From an uncultured virus (IMG/VR IMGVR_UViG_3300002294_000003) (Duplodnaviria > Heunggongvirae > Uroviricota > Caudoviricetes): 64,000 bases of DNA. The first letter of the stretch is position 1, and the number at the start of each line of letters is the position of its first letter. The position numbers were made by a program, and so were the translations under genes. Of the stretch, positions 60,801 to 64,000 are shown one piece after another. The DNA lies in IMG/VR virus record IMGVR_UViG_3300002294_000003, positions 1-64,000 of that record. The stretch is one strand, 5' to 3'. A model generated the notes under the pieces. That model had not been told where the DNA came from. It searched no databases and saw only the letters and a list, made by a program, of their open reading frames with translations.

Positions 60801-63800
60801 TTATTTTATCTTCTATTTCTAAACGTTCTTTATCTGTTTTTGCAGATTCTTTTTTAGCTTCTAGTTCATCAATTTGGGTATTATATCTACTTTCTACTGA
60901 ATCCAGCAGCCCTTGATTTTGTCGAATCTGCTCTGTTCCAGCAATAATTGCAATAGCTGCAGCTTTTGCATTTTCAATCCCATCTGCAACCCCCTCATTA
61001 ATTCCAGATGCAACCATAGTTCCTATTCCAGCTGCACTAATTGCAAGACCTAATGGTGCAAGGAATCCTGTGGCAACCATAACTGCACCAGCGGCAGTCA
61101 TAATGCCGCCGCCAATTAAGTTTCCAATAGTTCCACCATGTATAGCTGCATTATCTTCTATTTTTTGAATTGCATTTTCATAGGACTTTTCTTGCTCTCT
61201 GCCAGATTGCTCTTGGATAGCAATTGCAATTTCTAGAGGATCTTTTAGTAAATTTTGACCATTTGGTCCAAATAAAGCAGCTAGTTGACCTGTTACTTTT
61301 GTTGTAATTGAAAAATCTTTTAATTCAGTACTAAGTGCGGCACCAATGCTTGCTGCCTGCTGTTGAGATAATGCACCCTGAAGAACTGCATAAGATAATT
61401 GATTGGCTATATTTGATGCTCTATTGCCAGGCATATTTGAAACATCTGCTAGCATTTGTTTGCCAATGTCTGATTCTAAAAATGTTTGACCAAATTGACG
61501 TTTTATAGATCCTTGACCAGTTAATTGATCTTCTCTCTTTCGCTCTGCTAGTTCAGACGCAGTGACCTTGCCAGAAAATTCAGAAATCTTTTGTAGTTTT
61601 TCTGCAGTCATAGTCATTGCCTCTGCAGTTTTTATTCCTTCTTTGCGAGCATTTTTTAGTTGTTCTTGTAAGAAGAACATAGCTCCAGCAAATAATGCAA
61701 GAACAGCGATGACTTTGCCAATTGGATTTGCAAGCATTGGCAAAAGCATAGGGGCTAGCATTAATGGCATGGAGAGTGCCCCAGCTATTTGAGAACCTGG
61801 CTGTCCAGACATTCCATATGCCATTGCACCCATACCAAGCACAGAAAGGCCCATGCCAGCTCCAGCACCAGGCATTCTTGGGGCTGCAGCTTGGTTGACA
61901 TTTGCCTGTGCTGTTCTTGCAGTCTCTACAGAAACTCTTCCCTGACCAGGAATGTACCCATATTGTATACCACGCTTATCTGTCCTTATTTCTGCACCAG
62001 TACCTGCTTCAAAAGTTCTTCCTCCAGTAGTTGCAATATCATTGCCAAAAGTTTTTGCTGCCCAAGCTGCTAAAACTGGAGAATTGTTAGCTGCAGCAAT
62101 AGCCCTTTGCCCAGTTGATTTGGCAACTTTAGAAACAAATGCTCCAGCTTTTTTAAGATTTTCCGATACGCCTGCCTTTGCAGTTTGTTTTGCAAGTTCT
62201 TGTGAATTAGCAATATTAACATCTGCTGGTGTTCTAAATCCCATTTTAGCTGCAACACTTGGAGGCAAACCATCGTTATATCCAGGTACGCTATCATTAA
62301 TCATTGCTTGAACTAATGGGGCATATTTAGCTGATTGTCTAGCAGGAATTACTGATTCCCCTGGAGAAAGCATTGCAGGGACTATGTCGCCTGCACCCTT
62401 TGGCCCTGGAACTGAAAACACACCGTTTGCTGCTTTAAGAACTCCACTAGATCCGAACAATTGTGCAATGCCAGCAAGTCCTATTAGTGGCAATAGCATC
62501 CTTGTTAGTGATCCAACAGAAAATCCTTTACGGCGAAGAAAAGCTTGAGAAGTTATATCGTCTATATTTGTAAATGAATTTTTTGGACTTACCTTTTTTC
62601 TTTCTACAGGTGTCTTTACTGGATATGGCAGACTAGTCTTTGGCTTTATATCAGGAACTGGACCAGAAATAAACCTATTAAGCACATCTCTTTTTTGTGA
62701 TGGAGTTAGTCCACGAAGATCTTCTATTAGTTGATTTAAGGTAGCAATTCTTTGATTTCTGCCTCCAGGCATATTTGCTATATATTGCTGTATTTGCCCC
62801 TTCATATCTCTAGGAACCTGTATATTAGATTGACTTACATAATATTTGTCAACCTTATCTAGAATTCCTGGGAAAATAGCTTCAAGCCTTGAGTCCCCTC
62901 TTTCTCTTAATTTTTGCAATAACTTTTGATAAGATTTTTCTTTAAGAATTGAGCTTCCTCTTGAGTATCCAGAGCCGCCTGCTTTATTGTAACCAATTGT
63001 CATTGGGAAATTGCTTTCCATATTAATTCGTTGTATAAGCCTTCTCATGCCTGGATCTTTAATTGACATTTCAGCTTTGCGTTCAGCTGCCTGGAAAGCT
63101 GGGTACATTGATTCATTTGTTAATTCTGTTGCTCCAGCATTCATTTGTGCTTTTATTGAAGATAACACTGATTTTCTATAGGTTAAAATATATCTTCTTA
63201 ATACTTTATTTGGGATATTGGCATCATCAGGAATCCTTGTCAAAATCCCAGAACCTATTAATCCTTTTGGCATTCTAGAAAAATCTTTCATGTATTCTTT
63301 AATAGGTATTTTTGTTGTATCAAATTCTGGATTAAGAGTTTTTGGTAAAAATTCAACCTTGTCTCTATAGCTAGCAAAAACTTCTGCTTTTTGTTTTGTC
63401 TGATAGGTATCTAATAGATTAACTAACTTAGATTGTGCCTGCCTTTCTTCTGCCTGACTAATAAATCCAGTTCTACGCATATCTGCCAAATGCATTCGCA
63501 TAGTTCTTTCAAAATCTTGGCGATTTTGTCCTAACACCCCAGCCTGCTCCATATGAGCCGCCGTCAAGTATGTGCTTTTATCAAAATATAATGGTGGATC
63601 TCTTCTTGCTTTAGATTGTGTTTGGTCTTTAACAGCAGTGCCAACTAAGCCGTCACTAGAACTATTATTTAGCCAAACCCTTCTATTTCCAATTTTAACT
63701 GGTGGCATCGTATATTTGCCAGCCTTTGGACCATATTTGGCTGTAAATGGAAGTCTTTCTTCATACATTTTTTTACCATAAACTAGCTTTTGAAGTCTTT

Positions 63801-63999
63801 GCATCATGGAAAATCTTGGCATTCCTACTGGAATTTTAAGTCCATTGGCCTGCAATATTCTTTGAATTTGTGGAATTAGAGCTGGTTCTGTAGCAACAAT
63901 TCTTCTAACATCTTTTAGAGTAAATCCTCCCATAATCTGGGCCTCAAAGAAGTCTTTATCCTTTGATGTGTAAGCACCTTTTATTTTTCTTGCACTTAA
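57802..63999 (-). CDS. tape measure protein (5' end beyond the window)
   Basis: >2040 aa; coiled coils; TM-like segments; two D.(V/I)PAML(S/T)PGE motifs; frame open to the edge. Confidence 0.85.
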   Translation of the reverse strand, partial: LSARKIKGAYTSKDKDFFEAQIMGGFTLKDVRRIVATEPALIPQIQRILQANGLKIPVGMPRFSMMQRLQKLVYGKKMYEERLPFTAKYGPKAGKYTMPPVKIGNRRVWLNNSSSDGLVGTAVKDQTQSKARRDPPLYFDKSTYLTAAHMEQAGVLGQNRQDFERTMRMHLADMRRTGFISQAEERQAQSKLVNLLDTYQTKQKAEVFASYRDKVEFLPKTLNPEFDTTKIPIKEYMKDFSRMPKGLIGSGILTRIPDDANIPNKVLRRYILTYRKSVLSSIKAQMNAGATELTNESMYPAFQAAERKAEMSIKDPGMRRLIQRINMESNFPMTIGYNKAGGSGYSRGSSILKEKSYQKLLQKLRERGDSRLEAIFPGILDKVDKYYVSQSNIQVPRDMKGQIQQYIANMPGGRNQRIATLNQLIEDLRGLTPSQKRDVLNRFISGPVPDIKPKTSLPYPVKTPVERKKVSPKNSFTNIDDITSQAFLRRKGFSVGSLTRMLLPLIGLAGIAQLFGSSGVLKAANGVFSVPGPKGAGDIVPAMLSPGESVIPARQSAKYAPLVQAMINDSVPGYNDGLPPSVAAKMGFRTPADVNIANSQELAKQTAKAGVSENLKKAGAFVSKVAKSTGQRAIAAANNSPVLAAWAAKTFGNDIATTGGRTFEAGTGAEIRTDKRGIQYGYIPGQGRVSVETARTAQANVNQAAAPRMPGAGAGMGLSVLGMGAMAYGMSGQPGSQIAGALSMPLMLAPMLLPMLANPIGKVIAVLALFAGAMFFLQEQLKNARKEGIKTAEAMTMTAEKLQKISEFSGKVTASELAERKREDQLTGQGSIKRQFGQTFLESDIGKQMLADVSNMPGNRASNIANQLSYAVLQGALSQQQAASIGAALSTELKDFSITTKVTGQLAALFGPNGQNLLKDPLEIAIAIQEQSGREQEKSYENAIQKIEDNAAIHGGTIGNLIGGGIMTAAGAVMVATGFLAPLGLAISAAGIGTMVASGINEGVADGIENAKAAAIAIIAGTEQIRQNQGLLDSVESRYNTQIDELEAKKESAKTDKERLEIEDKINSKIIERDNALVKLKGKNDEIYNNLIKQAKQLGPENFQATFEQALDYRAENAPQIVKDQLEIAKSALKGMEDSDFKISLQLGLLSEEFDATTVTNLINLNKESNGEIEKSFKLLVRAEGTAKANQLMQILSSSNLTATEVDVIMNYTMSNKQDFDTDLEAISQIVGMAGEYGLVVKPTVENIEEVGKFIKETENLDTGKPITRKILTQYLKEGEGADGKPLSAKAIEELQYMLDNWDVLTNGTNKLNYQVMVDFLIGNASDAAIQAFYLANNPKEYAKFMEGGPLINTPDGPVGFIDEDERAKMRAYFFGQGSGGDNDDPGEGTPPGGDTGTPENVLKQYADRLKRIRNAAIDTTGTVDELIKRFNILMKPGSATSTLFRGTDQKLLFAGYSKQFIDAVMSMDEATRSKFVSIKNGIIKVTQAGKDLNAAMSEITLGDAQFNIASGVADVRMQMRAMEILTKDYGMSAKEAFEMAKDASLAYAIVTRGTSGEIQDLIKWTETLRQENEKFARSTPEGMQAFLRGELDKVLGALDLADQYFQAQEQAVERDFQDKIDPIAKLIRAAEQDIVNYQDKIDDLNYQLTLIEDQESKINDEYDRKLEALDKIERANDSIAAQQKSQLALADALSQGDISAAARAVQEIRSQAASDSIQSQRNLLEEDRQRRLDALAVSLNGKLLTRKQIEEEIKTLQFEIAKIEEQRLEPNQKLVREYEIQRDLALEAIGENGYLGKTKAEWDKIAIAANKATVESKAFNDSVVAILSSIKGFTFGPDGKLLPFNIEEFKQGLTPPESPSSEEPNTNENPEDSIYTGPSREELRKQLDALYIKIKNAEAYIAKMKKAGKRLEAANATDKLNQYLAEEKALRAQFNAAPMGGSGGGGGGPAQMMMAKGGMVPKYLRMGGLLPYKAEGGSIFKPLGTDTIPAMLTPGEFVVRKYAVDKFGVDRLKAINSGTYKGDSVYNYEVSVNVQTDANPDQIARAVIGQIRQIESQRIRGNRF

Positions 64000-64000
64000 T

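Noticed and set aside
60886..60898. Additional GAAAGTAG targets (also at ~16751)
   Set aside because: Deep inside coding sequence and not near starts; probably chance.
53560..63781. Short + strand ORFs across the tail and tape measure genes
   Set aside because: Antisense shadows of long - strand genes, with no start signals.

Overview
This window is part of a large, AT-rich lytic tailed dsDNA phage genome, most likely a freshwater-type siphovirus infecting Actinobacteria. Host evidence: WhiB, class Ib nrdHIEF, short-arm tRNA-Leu(TAA), many leaderless TATAAT-N6-ATG starts, and an M23-LysM endolysin. Layout: (1) 1-4.6 kb, small acidic early-type genes behind strong sigmaA-like promoters, ending in a repeat-rich, mostly non-coding strand-switch region; (2) 4.6-30 kb, accessory region with 6 tRNAs, redox enzymes, a glycosyltransferase/Stealth/FkbM cluster, Hsp20, WhiB, a sulfur module (CysC-nucleotidyltransferase fusion, DUF2061, sulfotransferase, two SsuD-like monooxygenases), heme oxygenase, a secreted subtilase and surface proteins; (3) 30-50 kb, SpeD, RNR, terminase and replication/recombination genes; (4) 50-64 kb, tail genes and a tape measure protein cut by the window edge. 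Best candidate for an undescribed system: a three-hairpin RNA (3126-3227) whose loop is exactly complementary to a variant Shine-Dalgarno motif (GAAAGTAG) found in front of the neighbouring early genes. Other leads are a possible phage PAPS-synthesis/sulfotransfer pathway and an independently promoted ~89-nt rod-shaped ncRNA. All calls come from reading motifs by eye; no database searches were run.
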